A DNA stretch of 56,170 nt from Thermoproteota archaeon. GTDB lineage: Archaea > Korarchaeota > Korarchaeia > Korarchaeales > Korarchaeaceae. The position numbers and the translations under genes were made by a program. The DNA lies in NCBI GenBank assembly GCA_027491415.1, contig JAOZFH010000035.1, positions 1-56,170 of the forward strand, written 5' to 3'. The notes under the pieces are model-generated. The model did not search any database. It saw only the letters and a list, made by a program, of their open reading frames with translations, and was not told the DNA's origin. This document shows, piece after piece, positions 19,681 through 29,947 of the stretch (the first letter of the stretch is position 1; every line of letters starts with the position of its first letter).

Positions 19681-19767
19681 ACCCCCTTCTTCAGGGCCCG
19701 CCCGAGATCAATGTTATTATGGCACGGGCGGTGGACCAGCCCTAAGTCCGGCGGGAGGTGCGAGGAC

Positions 19768-21462
19768 CTGGGAAGGTGGATAGTGGCCAGCGCGTGGCCC
19801 TACGTCTACTCGCTCCCCCACCTGGGGAACCTGATAGGCGCCCCCCTCTCGGCCGACGTCTACGCTAGGTTCCTCAGGAGGAAGGGGGAGGAGGTCGTCT
19901 TCGTCTCCGGGAGCGACGAGCACGGTACCCCCATAGAGGCCGAGGCGCGCAGGAGGGGGATCCGTCCGAGGCAGCTGACCGACGAGATGCACAGGAAGAT
20001 CTCCTCGCTGTTCGAGGCATTCAGGATCAGCTACGACAACTACACCAGGACCGAGAGCCCCGTGCACGTCAGGTTCGTACAGGAGTTCTACTCCAAGGTC
20101 TACGAGAACGGGCACATATTCGACGAAGAGATAGAGCAGCTCTACTGCGAGAACTGCGGCATATTTCTCCCTGACAGATTCGTCGTAGGGACTTGCCCGT
20201 ACTGCGGCAACCCGAAGGCCTACGGGGACCAGTGCGAGGTCTGTGGCAGGCTCCTGACCCCTCTGGACCTTATAGGGCCGAGGTGTGCGTTCTGCGGGTC
20301 GACTCCGGTCGTTAAAAAGACGAGGCACTGGTTCTTCGACCTGCCGAAGTTCTCCGACGAGCTAAGAGGGTACATAGAGCGGAACGAGAACTTCCCGGAG
20401 AACGCGAGGAACATGTCCCTGGCCATGATAAGGGAGGGCCTCAAGCCCAGGTCAGTCACGAGGGACAACGAGTGGGGCATCCCCGCGCCGTTCCCCGGGG
20501 CGGAGGGGAAGACCATATACGTCTGGATGGAGGCGGTCTTGGGCTACGTGTCGGCCGTGAAGGAGTGGGCCGAGAGGCGGGGGAAGCCCGAGCTGTTCGA
20601 CGAGTTCTGGAAGGACCCCCATACGAGGAGCGTGTACTTCATCGGGAAGGACAACATCCCGTTCCACACGATCATATACCCCGCCCTCCTGATGGCCAGC
20701 GGCCAGGGCTACGTGCTTCCCTACAACGTCAGCTCAACCGAGTTCCTCATGTACGAGGGACAGAAGTTCTCCAAGTCCAAGGGCATCGGGATATGGATGG
20801 ACGAGGCCCTCGAACTCCTGGAGGCGGACTACTGGAGGTACTACCTGATCGCCACCAGGCCAGAGACCAAGGACTCCAGCTTCGCGTGGGCCGACTTCGA
20901 GGCCAAGATCAACAACGAGCTCAACGACGTGCTGGGGAACTTCGTCCACCGCACCCTCACGTTCACGGCCAGCAGGTTTGGAGGTGAGGTCCCCGCCCTA
21001 AACCCCTCGGACGAGGAGGCAAGGTCCGCGATATCAAGGGCAGAGGATCTGGCCAAGAGGGCCGAGGACAGCCTGTGGAGGTTCAGGATGAGGGAGGCCC
21101 TCGTAAGGGTAATGGACATCGCCAGGGAGGGTAACGCCTTCCTCAACTCCAGGGCCCCCTGGGCAGACCTCAAGGAGGGCAGGGTCGAGAGGGCAGGGAG
21201 CACGATATCAGCCGCCCTCACGCTGGTGAAGGGCCTGGCGCACTACCTGGAGCCGTTCCTGCCCGACACGTCCGAGAGGCTTTGGGAGATGCTCAGGCTC
21301 GACGGCAGCCCCCACGAGACCACCTGGGACAGCGCCTTCGAGCCCCTGCCTGAGGGGCACCGGATAGGGGATCCCAAGCCCCTGTTCAGAAAGGTGAAGA
21401 AAGAGGAGCTCATCGAGAGGCTTAGGGAGATCAGGGCTGCTCGGGCTCAACCCGAATCTTGA
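19768..21462 (+). CDS. metG: Methionyl-tRNA synthetase (short form, no C-terminal Trbp111 domain)
   Basis: AWPY...HLGN, Zn knuckles, GKDNIPFH and KFSKS motifs. Start inferred at CTG 19768; the ORF track gives 19711. Confidence 0.95.
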   Translation: MGRWIVASAWPYVYSLPHLGNLIGAPLSADVYARFLRRKGEEVVFVSGSDEHGTPIEAEARRRGIRPRQLTDEMHRKISSLFEAFRISYDNYTRTESPVHVRFVQEFYSKVYENGHIFDEEIEQLYCENCGIFLPDRFVVGTCPYCGNPKAYGDQCEVCGRLLTPLDLIGPRCAFCGSTPVVKKTRHWFFDLPKFSDELRGYIERNENFPENARNMSLAMIREGLKPRSVTRDNEWGIPAPFPGAEGKTIYVWMEAVLGYVSAVKEWAERRGKPELFDEFWKDPHTRSVYFIGKDNIPFHTIIYPALLMASGQGYVLPYNVSSTEFLMYEGQKFSKSKGIGIWMDEALELLEADYWRYYLIATRPETKDSSFAWADFEAKINNELNDVLGNFVHRTLTFTASRFGGEVPALNPSDEEARSAISRAEDLAKRAEDSLWRFRMREALVRVMDIAREGNAFLNSRAPWADLKEGRVERAGSTISAALTLVKGLAHYLEPFLPDTSERLWEMLRLDGSPHETTWDSAFEPLPEGHRIGDPKPLFRKVKKEELIERLREIRAARAQPES

Positions 21463-22189
21463 TCTCCACGCTCGCCCTGGCCAAGGGGTGCCCCGGGGCG
21501 CCGATCACCAGGCCGACCGAGTCCGTCACGTTGCTGGCGGTGGTGTTGGCGGGTACGGTCAGGGTCCAGCTGATGGTTGCCACCCCGTCCGGGCCGGTCT
21601 TCGCCGGGTTGGGCGTGAACGTGGCGATCCCCGCCCTGCCGGCCATGGACTTCGCGAACACCAGGGCCCCCACCACCGGCCTGCCCAGCTCGTTCCTCAC
21701 GGTGACCGTGATCGTCGCCGAGACGTTCACCGACGTGTTGGCCTGGGAGTGGGCGACGACCTCCTCCGGGTTGACCTCCGCCCGCACCTGCAGCTCGCCG
21801 CCGTAGTAGACGGAGAACGGGACCTCGGCCGTGACCTCCCTCCCCCCCACGGTGGCCACCACCCTAGCGACGTGGAGGCCCACCGAGTAGACCCCCTCCT
21901 CCAGGAAGACCTGAACCGAGGACTCCCTAGACCGCCCCAGATCGAACACCTGCACCGGCTTAAGCTCCGGGCCCTGGAGTATCTCCAGCCTGGCGGTGGA
22001 CGGGACCTCGTCGAACCTGACGGTGATGGTCACGTTTCCGTTCAGGGGGACGTCCTGAGGGTCGGCGATCACCTCCACGCCCGCGCCCCTCATCGCCAGC
22101 GGGGGTACCAGGAGCAGGAGGGCGAGCGCGACATTGAGGGCTAAGGCAAGCTGGAGCTTCCTGTTTCTCGCGAGGCTCACCGAACTCAC
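21431..22189 (-). CDS. Secreted Ig-like domain protein
   Basis: N-terminal hydrophobic signal; VRNELGRPVVGALV and TGPDGVATI (Big-like). Only the 3' part of ORF 21431..23455 is real. Confidence 0.7.
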   Translation of the reverse strand: MSSVSLARNRKLQLALALNVALALLLLVPPLAMRGAGVEVIADPQDVPLNGNVTITVRFDEVPSTARLEILQGPELKPVQVFDLGRSRESSVQVFLEEGVYSVGLHVARVVATVGGREVTAEVPFSVYYGGELQVRAEVNPEEVVAHSQANTSVNVSATITVTVRNELGRPVVGALVFAKSMAGRAGIATFTPNPAKTGPDGVATISWTLTVPANTTASNVTDSVGLVIGAPGHPLARASVEIKIRVEPEQP

Positions 22190-22270
22190 GGGTCGGACCT
22201 GAGATCCCCCAAAATTAAGGTTGACCAGTGGGAACCGTTTTTTACCGCGGGTCCCCGGACAACACGACGG

Positions 22271-23392
22271 ATGTTGAGAGGACTCGGCGAGAAGTACGTG
22301 GGCGATCTGGAGCTGATAGAGAGCCCCCGCTACATATTCTTCGGCCCTGACGCCCTGAAGAAGACCAGCGAGACCCTGAGGTCGCTGGAACTCGAAGGGA
22401 AGGCCCTCATAGTGACGGGCGGGGAGCGCACCTCCAAAATAGCCTTGAGGCTGGGCGAGTTCATCGAGGGTGACGGGTACGAGTTCCACGTGCACCAGGT
22501 GACCTCCCGCCACCCCGACGTCAGAGAGGTGGAGGCGGCGTTCAAGAGGCTCAGGGAGTTCGGCGCGGGGTTCGTTATAGGGGTCGGCGGAGGTCGAGTG
22601 CTGGATGTGGCAAAGCTGACCGCCCACTGGGCCGGCGTGAGGTACGTCAGCGTGCCGACCAGCGCGAGCCACGATGGGATAGCCTCTCCGTCCATCAGCT
22701 TTCTGCTGGCCGAGACCGTCAAGGCCGTCAAGGGAGAGAGGTGGGCGAAGCCCGAGTCCCCCACGGCCGTGATCGCCGACACGAGGGTGATAACCCAGGC
22801 CCCGGACGTCACGAGGAAGTCCGGCTTCGGCGACCTGGTCGCCAAGATAACGGCAGTCAGGGATTGGGAGCTGGCCCACAAGTTGAAGGATGAGCCGTAC
22901 AGCGAGTACGCCGCCAGTATGGCCCTCCTGAGCGCCCAGCTGGCCATGCAGCACGCCGAGGACATAAGGCCGGGAACCGAGGAGTCGACCAGGCTCCTGG
23001 TGAAGGCCCTCATAGGGAGCGGGGTCGCCATCAGCATAGCCGGCAGCAGCAGACCGGCCAGCGGGAGTGAACACCTGTTCAGCCACGCCCTGGACAGGCT
23101 CGCCAAGGAGAAGGGGTACAGGAGCGCGCCTCACGGCATACAGTGCGGCCTGGGCGCGATAATGATGGCCTACCTCCAGGGGCAGGATTGGGAGAGGATC
23201 AGGGACAGCCTGAGGGCCGTCGGAGCCCCCGTGACCGCCGAGGAGGCCGGCCTCGAACCGCACGTCGTAGTGGAGGCCCTCACGATCGCCCACACGATCA
23301 GGAAGAGGTACACAATCCTTGGAGAAACTGGACTCACCGAGAACGCCGCCAGGAAGCTTGCGATCAGGACGGGCGTCATCCGCCAGTTCTGA
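22271..23392 (+). CDS. egsA: sn-glycerol-1-phosphate dehydrogenase
   Basis: GGGRVLDVAK, PTSASHDGIASP, SSRPASGSEHLFSHALD and HGIQCG motifs. Confidence 0.95.
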   Translation: MLRGLGEKYVGDLELIESPRYIFFGPDALKKTSETLRSLELEGKALIVTGGERTSKIALRLGEFIEGDGYEFHVHQVTSRHPDVREVEAAFKRLREFGAGFVIGVGGGRVLDVAKLTAHWAGVRYVSVPTSASHDGIASPSISFLLAETVKAVKGERWAKPESPTAVIADTRVITQAPDVTRKSGFGDLVAKITAVRDWELAHKLKDEPYSEYAASMALLSAQLAMQHAEDIRPGTEESTRLLVKALIGSGVAISIAGSSRPASGSEHLFSHALDRLAKEKGYRSAPHGIQCGLGAIMMAYLQGQDWERIRDSLRAVGAPVTAEEAGLEPHVVVEALTIAHTIRKRYTILGETGLTENAARKLAIRTGVIRQF

Positions 23393-23417
23393 GGCTTCCC
23401 GTACGCGCCGGCTCCGG

Positions 23418-25208
23418 TCAGGCGTAGTATCGGCCTGAGGCTCTGGCCTCCACATCCAGCCTGGAGCCCGGCTTGTTGACCCTGGGCCTCCCCGTCCTTG
23501 GATCTCTCCTGAACGTTATGCCCACCTCCCTCAGGAACTCGTTCATGCCCCTCTCCACCGGCATGGGGCTCGAGGCGTGCCCCTCAACCCCGGGATCCCC
23601 CGTGAAGAGGATTATGCGGTCCGCCAGCGCCTCTATGGTGATCAGGTCGTGCTCGACGACTATGGCTGCCCTGTCCTCGCCCTCGACCCTCCTCTTGATG
23701 GCCTTGGCGAGGGCTAGTCTCATCTCCACATCCAAGAAGGCGCTCGGCTCGTCCAGGAGGTAGATGTCGGCGTCCATCCCCAGCGTCGCCGCCACGGCCA
23801 CCCTCTGGAGCTCCCCTCCGCTCAGCTCAGAGAGCCTGCGGTCCATCAGCCCGTCCACGCCGAGCCTGTGGAGGACCTCGGCCCTGAAGAAGCTCGAACT
23901 CAGCTGGGAACCCGCCATCGACTTCAGGAGGGAGTAGACGGTTCCGTCCTGCTCCGGCCTGACGTACTGGGGCTTGTAGGCCACCTTGATGTCCTCCGCC
24001 AGGACCTCCCCGCTGGTGGGCTCGATCACGCCAGCCAGCATGGAGACAAACGTGGTCTTGCCGATGCCGTTGGGCCCGACGGCCACGACCACCTCCCCCG
24101 CCCTCAGCTCCCCGGGCTCCACGGTGAGCCGGAAGGCGGAGTCGTACTCCTTGACGAGTTCGCTGTAGCTCACCAGCGGGAGGGTCTCCACCTTCCCGGC
24201 CGTCGACCTCCTGCTGAAGGAGATGCTGTACTCCCTGAACCTGACGTTGTCGTCCGGCAGGTAGCCGTCCAGGAAGATGTTGATGCCCTCCCTGGTCCCG
24301 TGGGGGTAGCTCACCACGCCGAACACGCCCCTCACACCGTAGAGGACGTGGATGTAGTCGCTCAGGTAGTCGAGGACCGCCAGGTCGTGCTCGACCACCA
24401 GCACGCCCTTCCCGGCCTCGGCCAGGCCCCTTATCACGGACGCGATCCTCATCCTCTGGAAGACGTCCAGGTAGTTGCAGGGCTCGTCGAACATGTAGAC
24501 GTCGGCCTCCTTCGAGGAGGCGGCGATCGCTGCGACCCTCTGGAGCTCTCCCCCGCTCAGCTCAGACAGCTTTCGATCCATGAGATCTGACAGGCCCAGT
24601 TCCTCCGCCAGCTCCCTCGCCACCCCCCTCTCGTCAGCCCTCTCCAGGGCCTCCCTCAGCGTTCCTGGGAAGGCCCTGGGAAGGAGGTCGATCCTCTCCG
24701 GCTTGTGGACCACCCTGACCCGGCCGCCGGCCAGCCTCTCCAGGTAGTTCTGGATCTCGGTGCCGCGGAACCTCCTGATGACCTCGTCCCAGTCCAGCTC
24801 GGCGTGGGGGTCGCCCAGGTTGGGGACGAGCTCGCCCGACAGTATCCTCATGATGGTGGTCTTGCCGATGCCGTTGGGCCCGACCAGCCCGACGACGCTT
24901 CCCATCCTCACTATGGGGAGTCTGAAGAGGACAAACCCGTTGACCCCATACCTGTGAATCTCCTCCCCCTCGAGCGGGGCCGGCAGGTTGACTATGAACA
25001 GGGCGGAGAATGGGCACTTCTTGACGCAGATGCCGCAGCCCATGCACAGATCCTCGTCTATCACCAGGAAGCCGTCCTCCAACCTGATGGTGTCCTCCTC
25101 GCCTGCCCTGACGCGCGGGCAGAACTTGATGCACTCCTGGCCGCACTTCCTCGGGTTGCACCGATCCCTGTCGACCACCGCTATCCTTCTTGCGTCCACC
25201 GCCGGCAC
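23418..25208 (-). CDS. Ribosome recycling ATPase ABCE1/RLI
   Basis: N-terminal 2x[4Fe-4S] domain, two ABC domains (LSGGELQR), RPRVNKPGS. Confidence 0.96.
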   Translation of the reverse strand: MPAVDARRIAVVDRDRCNPRKCGQECIKFCPRVRAGEEDTIRLEDGFLVIDEDLCMGCGICVKKCPFSALFIVNLPAPLEGEEIHRYGVNGFVLFRLPIVRMGSVVGLVGPNGIGKTTIMRILSGELVPNLGDPHAELDWDEVIRRFRGTEIQNYLERLAGGRVRVVHKPERIDLLPRAFPGTLREALERADERGVARELAEELGLSDLMDRKLSELSGGELQRVAAIAASSKEADVYMFDEPCNYLDVFQRMRIASVIRGLAEAGKGVLVVEHDLAVLDYLSDYIHVLYGVRGVFGVVSYPHGTREGINIFLDGYLPDDNVRFREYSISFSRRSTAGKVETLPLVSYSELVKEYDSAFRLTVEPGELRAGEVVVAVGPNGIGKTTFVSMLAGVIEPTSGEVLAEDIKVAYKPQYVRPEQDGTVYSLLKSMAGSQLSSSFFRAEVLHRLGVDGLMDRRLSELSGGELQRVAVAATLGMDADIYLLDEPSAFLDVEMRLALAKAIKRRVEGEDRAAIVVEHDLITIEALADRIILFTGDPGVEGHASSPMPVERGMNEFLREVGITFRRDPRTGRPRVNKPGSRLDVEARASGRYYA

Positions 25209-25224
25209 CCGCTCGGGGGTCGGC

Positions 25225-25845
25225 TCAGCGCTTTAGAATCTCTTCCCTACCCATGTCGAAGGCCCGTAGGTTCAGCTCCAAGTACTTCTTAGGAGCCTCC
25301 TTCTCCAGCGCCCTCCTCAGGGCGCCCTCATCGAACGGCAGCACTCCGAGGGCGTCCACGGCACCCAGCAGGACCGAGTTCGTCACGACTATGTCGCCAG
25401 CCCTCTCGGCCACCTCCACCGCGTTTAGCGCCTCGAGCCTCTTCGGCTTGAGCGCCTCCAGGACCTCCAGGATCTCCTTAACCTTGGGGATCCTCTTCCT
25501 CTCGAGGTAGGCGCCTATCGGAGCCACCAGGTGGGTGTTCATCACTATGGAGGTTCTGTCGGTGACGTAGCTGGCGTATCTCAGCGCCTCTATAGGCTCA
25601 AGGGCGACCAAGAGGTCGAGAGTTCCCTCCATTATCAGCGGGCTCACCACGTCTCTTCCTATCCTGATCTCGGTCTTGATGGAACCGTACCTCTGGGCCA
25701 GGCCGTGGACCTCGCTCTGCACGAAGTTCAGGCCCGAGTCGAGGGCCGCTCGGGTGATCACCCGGCTGGAGAACAGGATGCCCTGCCCCCCGACGCCGGC
25801 TATTATGATGTTGAACTCGGACCCGTCAGACGCCAATCTTCTCAC
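25225..25845 (-). CDS. iorB: Indolepyruvate:ferredoxin oxidoreductase beta subunit
   Basis: AGVGGQG and SEVHGLAQRYGS motifs. Confidence 0.92.
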   Translation of the reverse strand: MRRLASDGSEFNIIIAGVGGQGILFSSRVITRAALDSGLNFVQSEVHGLAQRYGSIKTEIRIGRDVVSPLIMEGTLDLLVALEPIEALRYASYVTDRTSIVMNTHLVAPIGAYLERKRIPKVKEILEVLEALKPKRLEALNAVEVAERAGDIVVTNSVLLGAVDALGVLPFDEGALRRALEKEAPKKYLELNLRAFDMGREEILKR

Positions 25846-27721
25846 CCCTCCAATCCAGGGAGCCCTCCATCGGCTCTATCGCCCCGTATGGGCACACGTC
25901 GACGCAGGAGCCGCAGCCGAAGCACACGGTTGGGTCGATCTCCACGACCTTGCCGGTGTCCACGAAGGCCGGGCAGGCGTAGGTGTTGATGCAGACCCTG
26001 CAGTAGGTGCACTTGTCCGGGTCGACGCGGTAGGGGACGATCTTGACGCCCTCCCTCCTCAGCCTCCTCACGGTGAGCAGGGCGCACTCCCTGCGCATTA
26101 TGACGACGGACACTCCGTCGTGCTTCATGGCCTCCCTTACAGCGTTCTCGGCGGCCTTGAAGTCGAAGGGATCGACGATCTGGACGTGCTCCACGCCCAG
26201 GCCCCTGACCACCTTCTCTATGTCGAGGGCCGGAACCTCCTCGCCCATGGCCGAGACGGGCACTCCTGGGTGCGGCTGGTGGCCGGTCATGGCCGTGATC
26301 CTGTTGTCGAGCACTACCAGGAGGAACTTCCTGTTGTGGTGCACGGCGTTGATCAGCGCCGGAATCCCGGCGTGGAAGAACGTGGAGTCTCCTATGAGCG
26401 CCACGGTCTTCTGGTCCGTGGCGAGGCTGATGCCGTTGGCGAAGCCCACGCCAGAGCCCATGGCGTGCGTAACGTCGCCGAGGTTGAAGGGCCTCTGGAA
26501 AAGCAGAGCGTAGCAGCCGATGTCGTTCAGGTACACTGCCGAGCCCGCGGCGCGCCTTATGGCGTAGCCCGAGGCCCTGTGCGGGCAGGCCGGGCACATG
26601 ACCGGCGGCCTGTTCACGGCGAGTTCCAGGGCGGGCTTGGCCCTCTCCTCCAGAGCGCCGAAGTCGATCGGTGAGGGCTTTCCCGTCACCTTGGAGAGCG
26701 CCCCGACCACGAGCTTGATGTTGAGCTCCCCAACCCTCGGGAGGAGTCCCTGGGCCTTGCCTAGGATCTCGACATCCGGGGCGGTGTCCTTAGCTATCGC
26801 CTTGACTCTCTCCTCCAGGTACGGGTCGAGCTCCTCGACTATCAGGACCCTCTTGAGGCCGCGGAGGAACTCGCCGATACTCTCCGCCGGCAGGGGGTTG
26901 GTCATGGTCAGCTTGAGTATGGGGACGTCGAGCCCCATGGCCCTGGCGGCCTCGAGGACGTACGTGTAGGCGACACCCGAGGTTATTATGCCGAGTTCGC
27001 CGCTCCCGCCCCTCACCTCGGCGAACTCGGAGGCTAGCTCCCTCTCGATCCTGCTCAGCTTCTCCAGGAGCTCCCTGTGATGCTTCCTCGCTATGGCGCC
27101 GACCTGCACGTACCTGTCCGGCTCGGGGGGCTTGAACTTGCCCTTCCCCCTCCTCTCCCTGATCTCGCCCAGCCTCACGGGCGCCCTGGTGTGGCTTATC
27201 CTGGTGGTGGACCTGACCAGGAACGGCAGGGCATACCTCTCCGAGAGGTCGAAGGCCCTGTACACCAGGTCCTTGGCCTCCTGAGGCGTGGAGGGCTCGA
27301 GCATGGGGAGACCCATGGCCACGGCGTAGTGCCTGTTGTCCTGCTCGTTCTGGCTGCTGTGGGCGTGGGGGTCGTCGGCGCTGACGACGACGAGCCCGCC
27401 TATGGTGCCCGCGTAGGTGAGCGTGAAGAGCGCGTCCGCCGCCACGTTCACGCCGACGTGCTTCATGAAGCACATGGCCCTCAGGCCGGACCACGCGGCG
27501 CCTATAGCAACCTCAGAGGCCACCTTCTCGTTGGTCGCCCACTCGAAGTGGAACCCCAGCTCCCTGGCGGCCTCCGCCAGGGTCTCTCCGATCTCGGTGC
27601 TGGGGGTCCCCGGGTAGGCCGCGGCTACGTCCAAACCGGCCTCTATGGCCCCCCTGGCAATCGCCTCGTTCCCAAGAAGCGGCACAATCGAACCAGGGGG
27701 GGAGAGAACCGCCTTTGACAT
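25826..27721 (-). CDS. iorA: Indolepyruvate:ferredoxin oxidoreductase alpha subunit
   Basis: LGNEAIARG, YPGTPSTE, CPACPHR, GDSTFFH, C-terminal ferredoxin. Start at ATG 27721. Confidence 0.95.
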   Translation of the reverse strand: MSKAVLSPPGSIVPLLGNEAIARGAIEAGLDVAAAYPGTPSTEIGETLAEAARELGFHFEWATNEKVASEVAIGAAWSGLRAMCFMKHVGVNVAADALFTLTYAGTIGGLVVVSADDPHAHSSQNEQDNRHYAVAMGLPMLEPSTPQEAKDLVYRAFDLSERYALPFLVRSTTRISHTRAPVRLGEIRERRGKGKFKPPEPDRYVQVGAIARKHHRELLEKLSRIERELASEFAEVRGGSGELGIITSGVAYTYVLEAARAMGLDVPILKLTMTNPLPAESIGEFLRGLKRVLIVEELDPYLEERVKAIAKDTAPDVEILGKAQGLLPRVGELNIKLVVGALSKVTGKPSPIDFGALEERAKPALELAVNRPPVMCPACPHRASGYAIRRAAGSAVYLNDIGCYALLFQRPFNLGDVTHAMGSGVGFANGISLATDQKTVALIGDSTFFHAGIPALINAVHHNRKFLLVVLDNRITAMTGHQPHPGVPVSAMGEEVPALDIEKVVRGLGVEHVQIVDPFDFKAAENAVREAMKHDGVSVVIMRRECALLTVRRLRREGVKIVPYRVDPDKCTYCRVCINTYACPAFVDTGKVVEIDPTVCFGCGSCVDVCPYGAIEPMEGSLDWRGEKIGV

Positions 27722-27864
27722 ACTATCAGCTCCCCCGCGAGCCTCGGGGGGATTTGGTTTAAACTTTGAGCAATTTTTGGGGGCCAGCCTCCCGGTGTTC
27801 GGACGGCTCTCACGCGGCCTCAGGTCGGGGCGCGATCCCTCTACCTCTGGCCCCTGACACACGG

Positions 27865-29268
27865 TCAGAGATTCTTGGTCCTCTTCCACCACTCGACCAT
27901 GGCGGCCACGGCGCCGACGGCCCTCTCCGGGGTCGGGAACGCGGGTATCCCCCTGGAGTTGAGCAGGTCGGCGGCCCGCTCGGACCTCTCCCCTCCCATG
28001 AGCATGACTGCTATGGGCTTGTCGGTCCCCTCGGCCGCCCTCAGAACGGCCCTAGCTATCCCCTCGGGGTCAGTGACGGCGGTCTCGCAGTAGAGCACGA
28101 TCACGTTGTCCACCGACTCGTGCTCCAGCGCAGCCCTCACGGCCCCCTCGAACTCCGGCTCGGCCGCCTGGCCGGTGAGGTCGACGGGGTTCTTCGGGCT
28201 CCCGAAGGGAGGCATGTAGGAGCGGAAGGTCTCCTTGAGGTCCTCGGGCGGGTCTAAGAGGTCGAGCCCCGATAGCTCGGCGGCGTCGGTGGCCAAGACG
28301 CCGGCGCCTCCCCCGTTGGTCACTATGACCGTCCTGGTCCCCCTCGGGACCCTCCTGGACGCGAAGGCCCTGGCCCAGTCGAAGGCCTGCTCGACGCTGT
28401 AGGCCCTCAGGATCCCGGTCTGCCTGAAGACGGACTCGTAGACCGCGTCCATGCCAGCCAGAGAGCCCGTGTGGGACGAGGCCGCCATGCTGCCCCTCGC
28501 GCTCCTCCCCGCCTTGAGGACGATCACGGGCTTTCTCGGGGTTACCCTCCTGGCGACCTCCATGAACCTCCTGCCCTCCTTGACCCCCTCCATGTAGACC
28601 AGGATCACGTCCGTGTCTTCGTCCTCCGAGAGCCAGAGCAGGAGGTCGGAGTCCTCGATGTCTGACTTGTTGCCCACGCTCACCACGGCAGAGAGGCCTA
28701 TCCTCTCGGTTATAGTCCAGCCCATCAGGGCGATTCCGAGGGCCCCGGACTGCGTGACGAACGCTATGGATCCGGGGAGGACCTTCGTCGGCCCGAACGT
28801 GGCGTTCATCCTCGCCGGGGTGTAGACGACGCCGAATATGTTGGGCCCCAGGACCCTCATCCCCCTCTCGTGGGCCCTCCTGACGAGCTCCTCCTCGAGC
28901 TCCCTCTCTCCAACCTCCGAGAACCCGCTGGATATCACGGCCACCGCCCTCGCCCCCTTCTCGCCGAGGTCGTCTATCGCGTCCAGAACGTACCTGGCCG
29001 GGATGGAGACGACCCCCAGGTCAACGGTCCCCGGGATCTCGGAGACGGAGTGGTAGCACCTGAGGCCCAGGATCTCGTCCGCCTTCGGGTTCACGGGGTA
29101 TATCCTCCCCCGATACCCGTACTCGACGAGGTTCTTGAGGATCTCGTGTCCTATCTTTCCAGGGGTCCTAGAGGCCCCGATCACAGCGATCGATGACGGC
29201 CTGAACAGAGCGTCCAGGGCCCTGACCGATTCCAACGCCCGCGACCTCCTCGCGGGCGAAAGCGCCAC
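27865..29268 (-). CDS. acdA: ADP-forming acyl-CoA synthetase alpha subunit
   Basis: IAVIGAS, LGPN, TQSGALG, SHTGSLAG phospho-His, TNGGG and NPVDLTG motifs. Confidence 0.9.
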   Translation of the reverse strand: MALSPARRSRALESVRALDALFRPSSIAVIGASRTPGKIGHEILKNLVEYGYRGRIYPVNPKADEILGLRCYHSVSEIPGTVDLGVVSIPARYVLDAIDDLGEKGARAVAVISSGFSEVGERELEEELVRRAHERGMRVLGPNIFGVVYTPARMNATFGPTKVLPGSIAFVTQSGALGIALMGWTITERIGLSAVVSVGNKSDIEDSDLLLWLSEDEDTDVILVYMEGVKEGRRFMEVARRVTPRKPVIVLKAGRSARGSMAASSHTGSLAGMDAVYESVFRQTGILRAYSVEQAFDWARAFASRRVPRGTRTVIVTNGGGAGVLATDAAELSGLDLLDPPEDLKETFRSYMPPFGSPKNPVDLTGQAAEPEFEGAVRAALEHESVDNVIVLYCETAVTDPEGIARAVLRAAEGTDKPIAVMLMGGERSERAADLLNSRGIPAFPTPERAVGAVAAMVEWWKRTKNL

Positions 29269-29296
29269 ATGGGTAAAATCTTTTCCATCGATGGGG

Positions 29297-29812
29297 TCAT
29301 CCGCTCAGGAGGTCTCGAATCACCTCGGTGGCCCTGTCTTTGGCGTGATGGATGTTTTTAACGCTCTTACCTCTCTCTTTCATCTCTGAAGCAGGCCTCA
29401 GGGCGTATCCAACTGCCAGGGGGGCGCCGTACCTCTCGTCCACCACGACCACAAGGTCCCCCTCCTCGACATCGTCGTCCACGTCCACTATGCCCGGCCC
29501 CATCACGTCCGCCCCGTTCAGGATGAACCTGACCGCGCCCTGGTCCACCACGACCCTCTTCACCCTGACCCCCTCCCTGAGGGCGCCGACGAATGGAACG
29601 ACCTCTCCGGTGGCCTTCTGAACCAGCACCGGCCTGCCCTCGTAAAGCAGGACCCTCTCGATCCCCTTGCCCGTCTCGTACTCCACGGCCTCCAGCGAAA
29701 CCTTCAGCCTTGGGAAGAGTGTCGCCAGCTCTGGGTGTCGCTCTATGAGCGAGCTCACTATCTCCCTGCTCTCCCTAGCGGAGATGAAGTACCTCTTCTG
29801 CTTAGCCGGCAT
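29297..29812 (-). CDS. DUF1947 + PUA RNA-binding protein (Tma20/MCT-1-like)
   Basis: VVVDQGAVRFILNGADVMGPGI. Confidence 0.9.
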   Translation of the reverse strand: MPAKQKRYFISARESREIVSSLIERHPELATLFPRLKVSLEAVEYETGKGIERVLLYEGRPVLVQKATGEVVPFVGALREGVRVKRVVVDQGAVRFILNGADVMGPGIVDVDDDVEEGDLVVVVDERYGAPLAVGYALRPASEMKERGKSVKNIHHAKDRATEVIRDLLSG

Positions 29813-29870
29813 CCCGGCCGGGTCGCGCGGGCTAAATTTATATTCCGGATCACCGGGCGGCCCACGCGGT

Positions 29871-29947
29871 GCCCGGGTGGTGTAGCCAGGCTAGCATAGG
29901 AGCCTGTCGAGCTCCAGACCCGGGTTCAAATCCCGGCCCGGGCGCCA
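29871..29947 (+). tRNA. tRNA-Asp(GTC)
   Basis: GCCCGGG/CCCGGGC-G-CCA acceptor, GGAGC-CTGTCGA-GCTCC anticodon arm, TTCAAAT T-loop; upstream TTTATA box. Confidence 0.96.

Noticed and set aside
22190-23455. 5' extension of the 674-aa ORF 21431..23455
   Set aside because: It is an antisense shadow of egsA; only 21431-22189 looks coding.
29915-29947. tRNA-Asp as attachment site of an integrated element
   Set aside because: No integrase and no duplicated tRNA 3' end were seen in the window.
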